Notes under the pieces: generated by a model
Seen by the model: only the letters and a program-made list of their open reading frames with translations
Told to the model about the DNA's origin: nothing
Databases searched by the model: none
Shown: in pieces, positions 1 through 9,563 of the stretch
How positions within the stretch are numbered: position 1 is the stretch's first letter
Layout: the number at the start of each line of letters is the position of its first letter
Assembly (NCBI GenBank): GCA_040384385.1
Contig: JAZKJJ010000007.1
Coordinates: forward strand, 38,707-102,706
Source of the DNA: Pseudomonadota bacterium
GTDB taxonomy: Bacteria; Pseudomonadota; Gammaproteobacteria; Pseudomonadales; Moraxellaceae
Direction of reading: 5' to 3'
DNA length: 64,000 nucleotides
Position numbers and translations under genes: made by a program

Positions 1-32
1 TGCTGAAAAACTTCCTGACACAGACGCGCTGA
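1..32 (+). CDS. trpG: Anthranilate synthase component II, C-terminal fragment (partial)
   Basis: Frame from nt 3 reads LKNFLTQTR*, matching the LLxNFL end of TrpG; directly upstream of trpD. Confidence 0.7.
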   Translation, partial: LKNFLTQTR

Positions 33-47
33 GCTGGACGAATAGCT

Positions 48-1097
48 ATGGATATCAAGCAGGCGCTGGCCCGCGTGGTCGAGCGCATCGACCTCAACAC
101 CGCAGAAATGCAGGATGTGATGCAGGCCATCATGAGCGGGCAGTGCAGCGATGCACAGATTGCCGCGCTGCTGGTGGCTTTGCGCATGAAGGGTGAATCT
201 ATCGATGAAATCGAGGGCGCGGCGCGGGTCATGCGTGATCTCGCCACGCCGGTGAAGATCGCCAATACGCAGTACCTGGTCGATATCGTCGGTACCGGTG
301 GCGATGGCGCCAATCTGTTCAATGTCTCCACCGCTGCGGCGATGGTGGTGGCCGCTGCGGGTGGTCGTGTCGCCAAGCATGGCAATCGCGCCGTGTCATC
401 GAAGAGTGGCAGCGCCGATCTGCTCGAAGCTGCCGGCATCAATCTGGCCATCAGTGCCGAGGAAGTGGCGCGCTGCATCGACACGATCGGCGTTGGCTTT
501 CTCTTTGCGGTGAATCATCACAGCGCCATGAAACACGCCATTGGCGCGCGGCGTGAAGTCGGTCTGCGCACCTTGTTCAACATGCTCGGCCCGTTGACCA
601 ATCCGGCCTTTGTGCAGCGCCAGGTGGTCGGTGTCTTCAGCCCGGCGCTCTGCCGGCCTGTGGCCGAAGTGCTGGGCCGTCTTGGCAGCGTGCATGCGCT
701 GGTTGTGCATGCGGCAGATGGTCTCGATGAAGTCTCGCTGGCAACGCGCACGCAAGTGGCGGAATGGAAGGACGGCGTTGTGCAGGAGTACAGCGTGGTG
801 CCGGAAGATCTGGGCATCCGCAGCCAGAGCCTGATCGGCCTTATGGTCGATAGTTCGGCAGACTCGCTGGCGCTCATTCTCGATGCCCTTGGCAAGCAAG
901 CCACCGAGCAGGGCCGCAAGGCGGCGGACATCATCGCACTCAATGCCGGTGCCGCGATTTATGTGGCCGGCCTGACCACGAGCTGGAAGCTCGGCGTGGC
1001 GCTGGCCGAGGATGTTATTAGCACTGGCCAGGCGCTGGAAAAGCTTCAGGATCTGCGGCTGTTCACTCGTGCGCTATTGCCGGAAACTCAACAGTGA
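48..1097 (+). CDS. trpD: Anthranilate phosphoribosyltransferase
   Basis: Motifs [40 protein letters not shown]. Confidence 0.97.
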   Translation: MDIKQALARVVERIDLNTAEMQDVMQAIMSGQCSDAQIAALLVALRMKGESIDEIEGAARVMRDLATPVKIANTQYLVDIVGTGGDGANLFNVSTAAAMVVAAAGGRVAKHGNRAVSSKSGSADLLEAAGINLAISAEEVARCIDTIGVGFLFAVNHHSAMKHAIGARREVGLRTLFNMLGPLTNPAFVQRQVVGVFSPALCRPVAEVLGRLGSVHALVVHAADGLDEVSLATRTQVAEWKDGVVQEYSVVPEDLGIRSQSLIGLMVDSSADSLALILDALGKQATEQGRKAADIIALNAGAAIYVAGLTTSWKLGVALAEDVISTGQALEKLQDLRLFTRALLPETQQ

Positions 1098-1882
1098 GCA
1101 CCATCCTCGACAAGGTCATGGCGCGCAAGCGCGAAGAAGTAGCGGTTCGTCGCAAGCGTCATTCGCTCAAAGATCAGGAGGCATTTGCCCGCGAGGCCGA
1201 TCCTGTGCGCGGCTTCACGCGGGCCTTGCAGACGGCTATTGCCGCTGGCCGACCCGGCGTCATTGCCGAGATCAAGAAGGCATCGCCGTCCAAGGGTGTG
1301 ATCCGCGCTGACTTTCAGCCGGCGGCCATCGCCGAGTCCTACCAGAAGGGCGGTGCCAGTTGCTTGTCCGTACTCACCGATGTCGATTTTTTTCAGGGCA
1401 GCGATGACTACCTCAAGCAGGCGCGTGCTGCTTGCGACTTGCCGGTGATTCGCAAGGACTTTCTCTACGACCCGTATCAGGTCATCGAGGCGCGTGCGCT
1501 CGGTGCCGACTGCGTGCTGCTGATCGTCGCGGCCTTGTCGGATGCGCAGTTGCAAGAGCTCAACGCCTGCGCCATCGAGCAGGGTCTGGATGTGCTGATT
1601 GAGGTGCATGATCGCGCCGAGCTGCTGCGCTCGTTGCCGCTGCACAGCCCGCTGGTTGGAATCAATAATCGTAATCTGCACACCTTCGAGGTCAGCCTGC
1701 AGGCCACGCTCGACCTGCTCGGCGACATCCCGCCCGAGCGCACGGTGATTACCGAAAGCGGCATTTTCACTCGTGATGATGTGGCGCGCATGCGCGATCA
1801 CGCTGTGCATGGCTTCCTCGTGGGCGAGGCGTTCATGCGTGCGCCGGAGCCGGGCGAGAAGCTGGCGGAATTGTTTTTCTGA
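1094..1882 (+). CDS. trpC: Indole-3-glycerol phosphate synthase
   Basis: [34 protein letters not shown]; GTG start overlaps trpD stop. Confidence 0.97.
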   Translation: MSTILDKVMARKREEVAVRRKRHSLKDQEAFAREADPVRGFTRALQTAIAAGRPGVIAEIKKASPSKGVIRADFQPAAIAESYQKGGASCLSVLTDVDFFQGSDDYLKQARAACDLPVIRKDFLYDPYQVIEARALGADCVLLIVAALSDAQLQELNACAIEQGLDVLIEVHDRAELLRSLPLHSPLVGINNRNLHTFEVSLQATLDLLGDIPPERTVITESGIFTRDDVARMRDHAVHGFLVGEAFMRAPEPGEKLAELFF

Positions 1883-1885
1883 GCC

Positions 1886-1909
1886 TATACTGACTATTTC
1901 AAGTAGTCA
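1886..1909 (+). promoter_or_regulatory. -10 box (TATACT) with overlapping inverted repeat, likely TA autoregulatory operator
   Basis: TATACT 1886-1891; TGACTA-N7-TAGTCA 1891-1909; GGAGG SD before ATG 1925. Confidence 0.6.
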
Positions 1910-1924
1910 TTTTGGAGGCTAGCC

Positions 1925-2161
1925 ATGTCTGCCTATCTGTCTCAGATATCGAAAACGGAGTTCAAGGCCCGCGCGCTGGAGCTTTGCCGGCAGGTTGAAG
2001 ACAGCGCCCAGTCGCTGATCATCACCGATCATGGCCGCCCCACGCTGGAGCTGCGCCCCTGCCAGCCTGCGCAAGATCCGCTGCTGATGCTGCGCGAAAC
2101 GGTATTGCGCTACGATAATCCGCTGGAGCCGGTGGATGTGGACTGGTACGCCAACCTGTGA
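1925..2161 (+). CDS. Phd/YefM-family antitoxin
   Basis: 78 aa; SKTEFKARALE and LIITDHGRP pattern; overlaps downstream PIN gene by 4 nt. Confidence 0.85.
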   Translation: MSAYLSQISKTEFKARALELCRQVEDSAQSLIITDHGRPTLELRPCQPAQDPLLMLRETVLRYDNPLEPVDVDWYANL

Positions 2162-2556
2162 TCCTGCTTGATACACATGCGCTGATCTGGTGGGTGGGTG
2201 GCGATGCTCGCCTGCCTGAGTCGTCGGCAAAGCTGATCCGGCAAAATCTGGCGGAGTACTCCGTACTCGTCTCCGCGATCTCCGCGTGGGAAGTGGCACA
2301 GCTGGTGGCGCGAGATCGTCTGGTGCTATCGCGCCCCGTCAGTGATTGGCTGGACTTGGTGCAGGCTATCAACGGGGTGCGTTTCGTGCCCATTGATCAT
2401 CGCGTAGCGGTGGAGTCAGTGAACTTGCCCGGTGACTTTCACAAAGATCCGGCAGATCGTTTTTTGGTGGCGACGGCGCGTTTGTTGGGTGCCACGCTGG
2501 TCAGCTGTGACGATAAAATTCGCGCCTATGCGCATGTAAATACTTTTTGGTCTTGA
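2158..2556 (+). CDS. vapC: VapC-family PIN-domain toxin
   Basis: ILLDTHALIWW, SAISAWE, HKDPADRFLVATA, LVSCD acidic PIN residues. Confidence 0.9.
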   Translation: MILLDTHALIWWVGGDARLPESSAKLIRQNLAEYSVLVSAISAWEVAQLVARDRLVLSRPVSDWLDLVQAINGVRFVPIDHRVAVESVNLPGDFHKDPADRFLVATARLLGATLVSCDDKIRAYAHVNTFWS

Positions 2557-2571
2557 GGCGAGGTTCTTACT

Positions 2572-2991
2572 GTGGAAGCACGTATCACGTGGAATGGCGA
2601 TGTCAGCTTCAAGGCAAAGTCCGGCACCGGTCACGAAGTCATCATGGACGGCCCGCCCGATCTCGGTGGTCGCAACCTCGGGGCTCGCCCCATGGAAATG
2701 ATGCTGATGGGTATGGGTGGCTGCACCAGCTTTGATGTCATGAGCATCCTGAAAAAATCGCGTCAGCAGGTAACGAATTGCGAAGCCGTGCTACAGGCCG
2801 AGCGTGCCGATGCCGTGCCCGCCGTGTTCACGAAAATTCATGTGCACTTCATTGTCACCGGTACTGACTTGAAGGAAGCGCAGGTTAAGCGTGCTGTCGA
2901 GCTGTCCGCCGAGAAATACTGTTCGGCCTCCATCATGCTGCAGGCTGCCGGCGTGGTGATCACGAACAGCTACGAGATGATTGCCGCCTAA
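2572..2991 (+). CDS. OsmC/YhfA-family protein
   Basis: GARPME, GMGGCTSFDV, LSAEKYCSAS (two conserved Cys). Confidence 0.9.
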   Translation: MEARITWNGDVSFKAKSGTGHEVIMDGPPDLGGRNLGARPMEMMLMGMGGCTSFDVMSILKKSRQQVTNCEAVLQAERADAVPAVFTKIHVHFIVTGTDLKEAQVKRAVELSAEKYCSASIMLQAAGVVITNSYEMIAA

Positions 2992-3629
2992 AGGTAGTAA
3001 GTCGTTCCCGTCATCACTGTCGACATCGCCTGCATGGCTTTTTGCACCGGCTCCGGCAGTGTGGCCGCGCCCGCGCGCAAGGCCATGTCGCGATGCTCGG
3101 CTTCATCAGTGTGCATCTGCGCCAGCACGGCGCGCGTGCGCAAATCATTCAGCGGCAAGCGCGTGAGATGCCCCTGCAAATGCTCGCAGACCTGACGCTC
3201 AGTTTCCGCAACAAAGCCCAGGCTCCATTTGTCACCGGCCATCCCGGCCAATGCGCCAATACTGAATGACGCCGCATAGAACAGCGGATTAAGCACACTG
3301 GGCGATGCCCCCAGCTCATCCAGCCGTTGCTGGCACCAAGCCAGGTGGTCGACCTCTTCCTGCGCCGCATGCTCCATGTCCTGGCGTACCGTCGGCAGGC
3401 GCGCAGTCAGTGCCTGGCCGTGATACAGCGCCTGCGCGCAAACCTCACCGGTATGATTAATACGCATGAAGCCGCTGATCTGACGCTGCTCTTCCGCGCT
3501 CAGGCCGGCTTCCGGCAAGGTTGCCGCTGGCGATGGCCGTGTCGCGCTCACGGCATTGTGGGCGAGGGTGCGCAAGACCTTGTCGGCCTCGCCAATGAGG
3601 CGGTCAAAAAAGCTATAACGGCGTGTCAT
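2988..3629 (-). CDS. coq7: Demethoxyubiquinone hydroxylase (diiron)
   Basis: MRINHTGEVCAQALY, EEVDHLAWC, VAETERQV, DEAEH. Confidence 0.95.
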   Translation of the reverse strand: MTRRYSFFDRLIGEADKVLRTLAHNAVSATRPSPAATLPEAGLSAEEQRQISGFMRINHTGEVCAQALYHGQALTARLPTVRQDMEHAAQEEVDHLAWCQQRLDELGASPSVLNPLFYAASFSIGALAGMAGDKWSLGFVAETERQVCEHLQGHLTRLPLNDLRTRAVLAQMHTDEAEHRDMALRAGAATLPEPVQKAMQAMSTVMTGTTYYL

Positions 3630-3668
3630 TCAAAGCTCCCGGAAGGCCAACTTAACCGAAATACCCGC

Positions 3669-4013
3669 TCAGCCCGGCGGCCAGCTCAGGCGGCGGCCGG
3701 CGAGCAAATGCAAATGGATGTGGTACACGCTTTGGCCGCCATCCTGGTTGCAATTCATCACCACACGGTAGCCATCGTCAGCAAGGTTGTGCTCTTTGGC
3801 GAGCGCGGTAGCGGTGGTGATGAGTTCGCCCAGCAGCGCGGCCTCACTCGCCGGTACATCATTGAGCGTGGTGAAATGCTGCTTGGGGATGATCAGCAAA
3901 TGCGTGGGTGCCGCCGGAAACAGATCATGAAAGGCTACGATGCGTTCGTTTTCAAAGACGATTCGCGAGTTCACTTCATGGTGGGCGATCTTGCAGAAAA
4001 TACAATCCGTCAT
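3669..4013 (-). CDS. Histidine triad nucleotide-binding protein
   Basis: DCIFCKI start and HIHLHLL triad. Confidence 0.93.
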   Translation of the reverse strand: MTDCIFCKIAHHEVNSRIVFENERIVAFHDLFPAAPTHLLIIPKQHFTTLNDVPASEAALLGELITTATALAKEHNLADDGYRVVMNCNQDGGQSVYHIHLHLLAGRRLSWPPG

Positions 4014-4134
4014 GCCGGAAAATCCTGTTCGAGAAGGGATTGAGGGATGACCGTAGACTACGGGGTCTGCAGCACAGACTCAATCAATGGTATGCTTTCG
4101 CGCCGGTCAAGCAGCTTGCCGCCACCCCCGATCT

Positions 4135-4212
4135 TGCACCAACCTGGAGCATAGTCAGCGTAAAGGCACTGTAATGGTGATTTCTGACGCTAATATGCAC
4201 CGAGATGGCGCA
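4135..4212 (+). promoter_or_regulatory. Three NtrC-type enhancer sites upstream of glnA
   Basis: TGCACCAACCTGGAGCA (4135-4151), GGCACTGTAATGGTGAT (4165-4181), TGCACCGAGATGGCGCA (4196-4212) versus consensus TGCACCA-N3-TGGTGCA; about 30 bp spacing. Confidence 0.8.
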
Positions 4213-4231
4213 ATCTTGTGCGCTGGTGTCG

Positions 4232-4247
4232 TGGCACGCAATTTGCT
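4232..4247 (+). promoter_or_regulatory. Sigma54 (-24/-12) promoter of glnA
   Basis: TGGCAC-GCAAT-TTGCT fits TGGCAC-N5-TTGC exactly. Confidence 0.88.
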
Positions 4248-4357
4248 AAAACCGTCCAGTGATGCTGGCATGTCCTCCCGTTTTTAACGGGCAACGGCCC
4301 GAGTGTCCTGACGAATTCATCAAAAGTCTGTGCATTGCTCTGTGGAGGAGCTTAACC

Positions 4358-5767
4358 ATGTCGAACAAGGTCCTGAAACTGATCAAGGAAAACGAAGCCA
4401 AGTGGGTCGATTTCCGCTTTACCGATACCAAGGGCAAGGAACAGCACGTTTCCTACCCGTCGCACACCATCGATGAAGACACCTTCGTCAACGGCAAGAT
4501 GTTCGACGGCTCGTCGATCACTGGCTGGAAGGGCATCGAAGCCTCCGACATGATCCTGCTGCCGGATGCCGAAACCGCATTCATGGACCCGTTCTTCGAA
4601 GAGTCCACCGTTGTCGTCACCTGTGACGTCATCGAGCCGTCCACCATGGAAGGCTACGAACGCGATCCGCGCTCCATCGCCAAGCGTGCTGAGGCTTACC
4701 TGAAGTCCACCGGTATCGGTGACACCGCTTTCTTCGGCCCGGAGCCGGAGTTCTTCGTGTTCGACGAAGTGAAGTGGGACATCAACATGGCCGGCTCGTC
4801 GCACAAGATGATCGCCGAAGAAGCTGCCTGGTCGACCAACAACGATTACGAAGGTGGCAACACCGGTCACCGTCCGCGCGTCAAGGGTGGCTACTTCCCG
4901 GTTCCGCCGATCGATTCCGCTCAGGATCTGCGTTCGGCCATGTGTACAGCCATCGAAGCCATGCTGGGTGTTGGCAAGGTTGAAGTGCAGCACCACGAAG
5001 TGGCTTCCTGCCAGTCCGAAATCGGTGTGACCTTCAACACGCTGGTGCGCAAGGCTGACGAAGTTCAAGTCCTGAAGTACGCCGTGCACAATGTTGCTCA
5101 CGCGTTCGGCAAGACCGCTACCTTCATGCCGAAGCCCATCGTTGGTGACAACGGTTCCGGTATGCACGTACACATGTCCATCGCCAAGAACGGCGTGAAC
5201 CTGTTTGCTGGCGACGAATACGCTGGTCTGTCGGAAATGGCTCTGTTCTTCATTGGCGGCGTTATCAAGCACGCTCGCGCGCTGAACGCCATCACCAACC
5301 CGGCAACCAACTCGTACAAGCGTCTGGTTCCGCACTACGAAGCTCCGATCATGCTGGCCTACTCGGCTCGTAACCGTTCGGCTTCGATCCGTATTCCGTA
5401 CGTCGCCAGCCCCAAGGGTCGTCGTATCGAAGCGCGTTTCCCGGATCCGGCTGCCAACCCGTACCTGTGCTTCGCTGCTCTGCTGATGGCCGGTCTCGAC
5501 GGCATCCAGAACAAGATCCACCCGGGCGCCGCTGCCGACAAGAACCTGTACGATCTGCCGCCGGAAGAAGAAGCGAAGATCCCAACTGTGGCTCACAACC
5601 TGGAAATGGCGCTGGACGCCCTCAAGGCCGACCACGACTTCCTGACCAAGGGTGGCGTGTTCACCCAGGAAATGTTGGACGCTTACATCGATCTGAAGAC
5701 CGAAGAGGCGCGTCGCGTTAGCACGTTCGTTTCGCCGATCGAGTTCGATCTGTACTACTCGGTATAA
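4358..5767 (+). CDS. glnA: Glutamine synthetase type I
   Basis: [36 protein letters not shown], adenylylation loop NLYDLPP; GGAGG SD before ATG 4358. Confidence 0.98.
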   Translation: MSNKVLKLIKENEAKWVDFRFTDTKGKEQHVSYPSHTIDEDTFVNGKMFDGSSITGWKGIEASDMILLPDAETAFMDPFFEESTVVVTCDVIEPSTMEGYERDPRSIAKRAEAYLKSTGIGDTAFFGPEPEFFVFDEVKWDINMAGSSHKMIAEEAAWSTNNDYEGGNTGHRPRVKGGYFPVPPIDSAQDLRSAMCTAIEAMLGVGKVEVQHHEVASCQSEIGVTFNTLVRKADEVQVLKYAVHNVAHAFGKTATFMPKPIVGDNGSGMHVHMSIAKNGVNLFAGDEYAGLSEMALFFIGGVIKHARALNAITNPATNSYKRLVPHYEAPIMLAYSARNRSASIRIPYVASPKGRRIEARFPDPAANPYLCFAALLMAGLDGIQNKIHPGAAADKNLYDLPPEEEAKIPTVAHNLEMALDALKADHDFLTKGGVFTQEMLDAYIDLKTEEARRVSTFVSPIEFDLYYSV

Positions 5768-5832
5768 GCGTGTCGGCGCAGGAGCCTCGGTGTAAGTTGC
5801 CGATGGCTGCCTGAACCGGTAGCGCTGTGAAT

Positions 5833-5868
5833 AAAAGGCCTGCTCGCAAGAGTGGGCCTTTTGTTTTT
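5833..5868 (+). terminator. Rho-independent terminator after glnA
   Basis: aaaaggcctgctc-GCAA-gagtgggcc followed by ttttgttttt. Confidence 0.8.
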
Positions 5869-5912
5869 GGCGACCGGGCTGGCATGATCGGTGTCTTGTC
5901 TTGGGGCACGAT

Positions 5913-8600
5913 ATGACGAAGTTGGCGGAACAGTGGTCTCCGTGGTTGCAGGAGCGTTTGCAGCGTGGTGTGGAGATGGCGCCGCCGCACGGCGTTGCCG
6001 AGTCGTGGCTGCTGCGTGTACAGCAAGCGGTTGCGGGTTTGCCGCTCGCCACCGAGCGACTGTTGCCGGAGCTAGCGCGCGGCGTTGATCCTTCTTGGCA
6101 AGCAGCCTTGCGCCAGCTGCGTACGCGCGAGCAGATGCGCTTTATTGCGCGTGACCTGCAACGACTCTGCACGCTGCCGGAGCTGACGCGCGAGCTCTCG
6201 GAGTTTGCCGATGCCGTGCTCGAGGTAGCGCTGGCTCAAGCCCATGCCGATGTAGCGCTGCTGCATGGCGAGCCTATGGGTGCAGACTCCGGCAAGCCAC
6301 AGCAAATGGTCATCATCGGCATGGGCAAGCTCGGCGGCCATGAGCTGAACCTATCGTCCGATATCGATCTTATGTTCACCTACGCCGAAGATGGCGAGAC
6401 TGACGGCCGTCGCGCTATTAGCAATCAGGAGTTCTTCATCAAGGTCGGCCAGCGCATCATCCAGCTGCTCGACCCGGTTACGGCGGATGGCTTCGTGTTC
6501 CGCGTGGACATGCGCTTGCGACCCTGGGGCGATGGCTCGGCGCTGGCCATGAGCTTTGATGCCATGGAGACCTATTACGAGCGCCATGGCCGCGAGTGGG
6601 AGCGCTACGCCCTGATCAAGGCGCGTATCTGTGCCGGCGACCGCACTGGCGGTGAGCAGCTCATGCGGGTACTGCGACCGTTCGTATTTCGGCGCTATAT
6701 CGACTTTGGCGTGTTCGAATCGCTGCGCGAAATGAAGGCCATGATCGAGCGCGAAGTACGCAGGCTGGATCGTGAAGACAATATCAAGCTCGGCCGTGGC
6801 GGCATCCGCGAGGTCGAGTTTATTGCGCAGGCGTTTCAGCTCATTCGCGGCGGTGTTGATACCGCCCTGCAGGAGCGGCAGCTGCTCAAGGTTCTGCCTA
6901 TGCTGGCCGAACGCGGCTTGCTGTCGGCGTCGGCGGTTGCTGGACTGATTCAGGCCTACCATTTTCTGCGCAACAGCGAGCATCGCATTCAGGCCTTGCA
7001 CGATCAGCAAACGCAAATGCTCCCGGTGGATGCTGCTGATCGCCAATGCTTGGCCGAGGCCATGGGCTTTGCCGACTGGTCGGCTTATAGCGCGGCGCTC
7101 GCGTGTGAGCGCGAGGTCGTGCATCGGCATTTTCGCGATGTGATAGATGCGCGCGAGCCTGAGCCCGAGCAAGTGGCCTTGCCGCCGGAGCAGTGGCCGC
7201 CGGTTATCCAGGCATTGCTCGATAGTCGCGCGCTGGCCCAGCTTAGTGTTGCCGGGCGCGAGCGCCTAGAGCGGCTGTTACCTGTCCTCGTTCGTGAGTG
7301 CGCGGCTCATGACCAGGGCGAGCAGGCGCTGACGCGAATCATTCCCCTGATCGAGGCCACCCTAAAGCGCTCGGCCTATCTCGTTCTGCTTAGCGAAAAT
7401 CCCGAAGCGCTGAAGCGCTTGATTGATCTCTGCGCGGCCAGCCCGTGGATGGCACAGCTGCTGGCGCGCTACCCGGCGCTGCTCGATGAGCTGCTCAATG
7501 CCGCCACATTGTTCGCGCCGCCAACGCGCGCTGAGCTGGCGGCTGATTTGCGGGCGCAGCTGGCGCGCGTGCCGGAGGATGATCTGGAGCGGCAAATGGA
7601 CATCCTACGCTTGTTCCAGAAAGGCCAGTTGCTCAGAGTCGCGGCATCCGACCTCAAGGGTACCTTGCCGCTGATGAAGATCAGCGACTCGCTGACCTGG
7701 ATTGCCGAGGCGGTGCTGCAAGAGGTGCTGCATCTGAGCTGGCGGCAGCTGGTGGCGCGTCACGGCACGCCGCTGGACCGCAACGGCAAGCCCTGCGATC
7801 CCGGCTTCATCATCGTCGGCTATGGCAAGCTCGGTGGTCTGGAGCTGGGCTACGGCTCCGACCTCGATCTCGTTTTCATTCACGATGCCGATGCCCAGCG
7901 CGACACGGTCGGTGGGATCAAGCCGCTGGATGGTGCCAGCTTCTTCGCTAGGCTCGGCCAGAAAATCATCCACCTGCTGACCACCAGCATGGGTAGCGGT
8001 CTGCTCTACGAGGTGGACATGCGCCTGCGCCCGTCGGGTGCGTCGGGCCTGCTGGTGACCTCGCTGGACGGCTTTGCCCTGTACCAGCGCGAGCAAGCCT
8101 GGACTTGGGAGCATCAGGCCTTGGTGCGCGCGCGCGTGGTGGTCGGTGATCCGGCGCTGGCCGTCCGCTTCGACGAAGTCCGTGCCAGCGTATTGGCAAA
8201 GCCACGAGCTTTGCCGCCGCTGCGCGTGGAAGTGCGCGAAATGCGGCAGAAAATGCGCGATCACCTAGCGCCGAAAAATCCTGCCGAGATTGACCTCAAG
8301 CACAGCCCCGGCGGCTTGGTAGATATCGAATTTCTCGTGCAGTACCTCACGCTCGCGCATGCCCATGCGCATCCCGCGCTGACCCAATGGCCCGATAATG
8401 TGCGCCTGCTCGACACCTTGGCGCAGGCAGGCTTGATGCCAACAGCGGATGCCGAGGCCTTGAAGTCGGCTTATCTCGCGCTGCGCCGAGCCGGCCATGC
8501 GCGCGCTCTTGCGGGGGCCGACAAGGCATTGGGGACGGATGAGCTGCTGGCCGAGCGCGAGCTGGTGCAGCGACTCTGGACTGAGATCATGGAAGCTTGA
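5913..8600 (+). CDS. glnE: Glutamine synthetase adenylyltransferase/adenylyl-removing enzyme
   Basis: Two nucleotidyltransferase repeats (GMGKLGGHELNLSSDIDL; GYGKLGGLELGYGSDLDL), each with D(M)RLRP. Start uncertain (5901 or 5913). Confidence 0.96.
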   Translation: MTKLAEQWSPWLQERLQRGVEMAPPHGVAESWLLRVQQAVAGLPLATERLLPELARGVDPSWQAALRQLRTREQMRFIARDLQRLCTLPELTRELSEFADAVLEVALAQAHADVALLHGEPMGADSGKPQQMVIIGMGKLGGHELNLSSDIDLMFTYAEDGETDGRRAISNQEFFIKVGQRIIQLLDPVTADGFVFRVDMRLRPWGDGSALAMSFDAMETYYERHGREWERYALIKARICAGDRTGGEQLMRVLRPFVFRRYIDFGVFESLREMKAMIEREVRRLDREDNIKLGRGGIREVEFIAQAFQLIRGGVDTALQERQLLKVLPMLAERGLLSASAVAGLIQAYHFLRNSEHRIQALHDQQTQMLPVDAADRQCLAEAMGFADWSAYSAALACEREVVHRHFRDVIDAREPEPEQVALPPEQWPPVIQALLDSRALAQLSVAGRERLERLLPVLVRECAAHDQGEQALTRIIPLIEATLKRSAYLVLLSENPEALKRLIDLCAASPWMAQLLARYPALLDELLNAATLFAPPTRAELAADLRAQLARVPEDDLERQMDILRLFQKGQLLRVAASDLKGTLPLMKISDSLTWIAEAVLQEVLHLSWRQLVARHGTPLDRNGKPCDPGFIIVGYGKLGGLELGYGSDLDLVFIHDADAQRDTVGGIKPLDGASFFARLGQKIIHLLTTSMGSGLLYEVDMRLRPSGASGLLVTSLDGFALYQREQAWTWEHQALVRARVVVGDPALAVRFDEVRASVLAKPRALPPLRVEVREMRQKMRDHLAPKNPAEIDLKHSPGGLVDIEFLVQYLTLAHAHAHPALTQWPDNVRLLDTLAQAGLMPTADAEALKSAYLALRRAGHARALAGADKALGTDELLAERELVQRLWTEIMEA

Positions 8601-8601
8601 A

Positions 8602-9507
8602 ATGAATATTCTGATTACCGGCAGTACCGGTCAGGTTGGCTACGAATTACAGCGCCAACTCGCCAGTCTGGGCACGATCACGGCAGTTGATCGCCAGCAA
8701 TGCAACCTTGCTGATGCCGACAGCATTCGTGCCTGTATCGAGCGCGTACAGCCTGACTGGATCATCAATGCCGGTGCCTGGACGGCGGTGGACAAAGCCG
8801 AGACCGAACGCGAAGCAGCATTTGCCGTTAACGCCGATGCACCACGCCTACTCGCTGAGCTGGCGGCGGCACGCGGTGCGCGGCTGGTGCATTACTCCAC
8901 GGACTATGTCTTTGCTGGCGACAAGCCGGGCTGCTATCGCGAGGATGACCCCGTGCAGCCGCTCAATGTTTATGGCGCCAGCAAGCTCGCCGGCGAGCAG
9001 GTGATTGCCGCGATTATTGAGCGCGATGGCCTGCAGGCGTGGACCTTCCGCACGACTTGGGTCTTTGGCACGCACGGCAACAACTTCCTGAAGACCATGC
9101 TCAAGCTCGCGCAAACGCGAGACAGCTTGTCTGTAGTCAATGACCAGTTCGGCGCACCCACCAGTGCCGCCTTGATTGCTGCTGTGACGGCGCAACTGAT
9201 CCGGCAAGTTGAGGCCGGTAAGCCCGTAATGCCAGGCCTCTATCATTTGGCTGCTGCCGGCGAAACGAACTGGCAAGCCTATGCCCAGCGCGTGATTGCG
9301 CAGGCTCGCAAGCAAGGCTTGAGCACGCGTGTTGCCCCTGAGCAAGTGCAAGGCATTGCCGCTGTGCAATACCCGACACCAGCCGCGCGCCCAGCCAACT
9401 CACGACTGGACTGCCAGCGTCTGGAGTCTGCTCTGGACATGAAGCTGCCGGACTGGACAATAGGAGTGGATGCCGTGGTGGCGGATGTGGTGCAATACGC
9501 AACCTGA
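8602..9507 (+). CDS. rfbD: dTDP-4-dehydrorhamnose reductase
   Basis: NILITGSTGQVG, AWTAVDKAE, STDYVF, YGASK, PAARPANSRL; ATG 1 nt after glnE stop. Confidence 0.93.
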   Translation: MNILITGSTGQVGYELQRQLASLGTITAVDRQQCNLADADSIRACIERVQPDWIINAGAWTAVDKAETEREAAFAVNADAPRLLAELAAARGARLVHYSTDYVFAGDKPGCYREDDPVQPLNVYGASKLAGEQVIAAIIERDGLQAWTFRTTWVFGTHGNNFLKTMLKLAQTRDSLSVVNDQFGAPTSAALIAAVTAQLIRQVEAGKPVMPGLYHLAAAGETNWQAYAQRVIAQARKQGLSTRVAPEQVQGIAAVQYPTPAARPANSRLDCQRLESALDMKLPDWTIGVDAVVADVVQYAT

Positions 9508-9563
9508 ATTTTATGACGTGTTGGCCGAACGGCTGGCGCTCAAGCCCTGTGGAGTGATTCAAG

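Noticed and set aside
4352-6172. 606-aa antisense ORF over glnA
   Set aside because: Codon-bias shadow of a highly expressed gene; no protein motifs.
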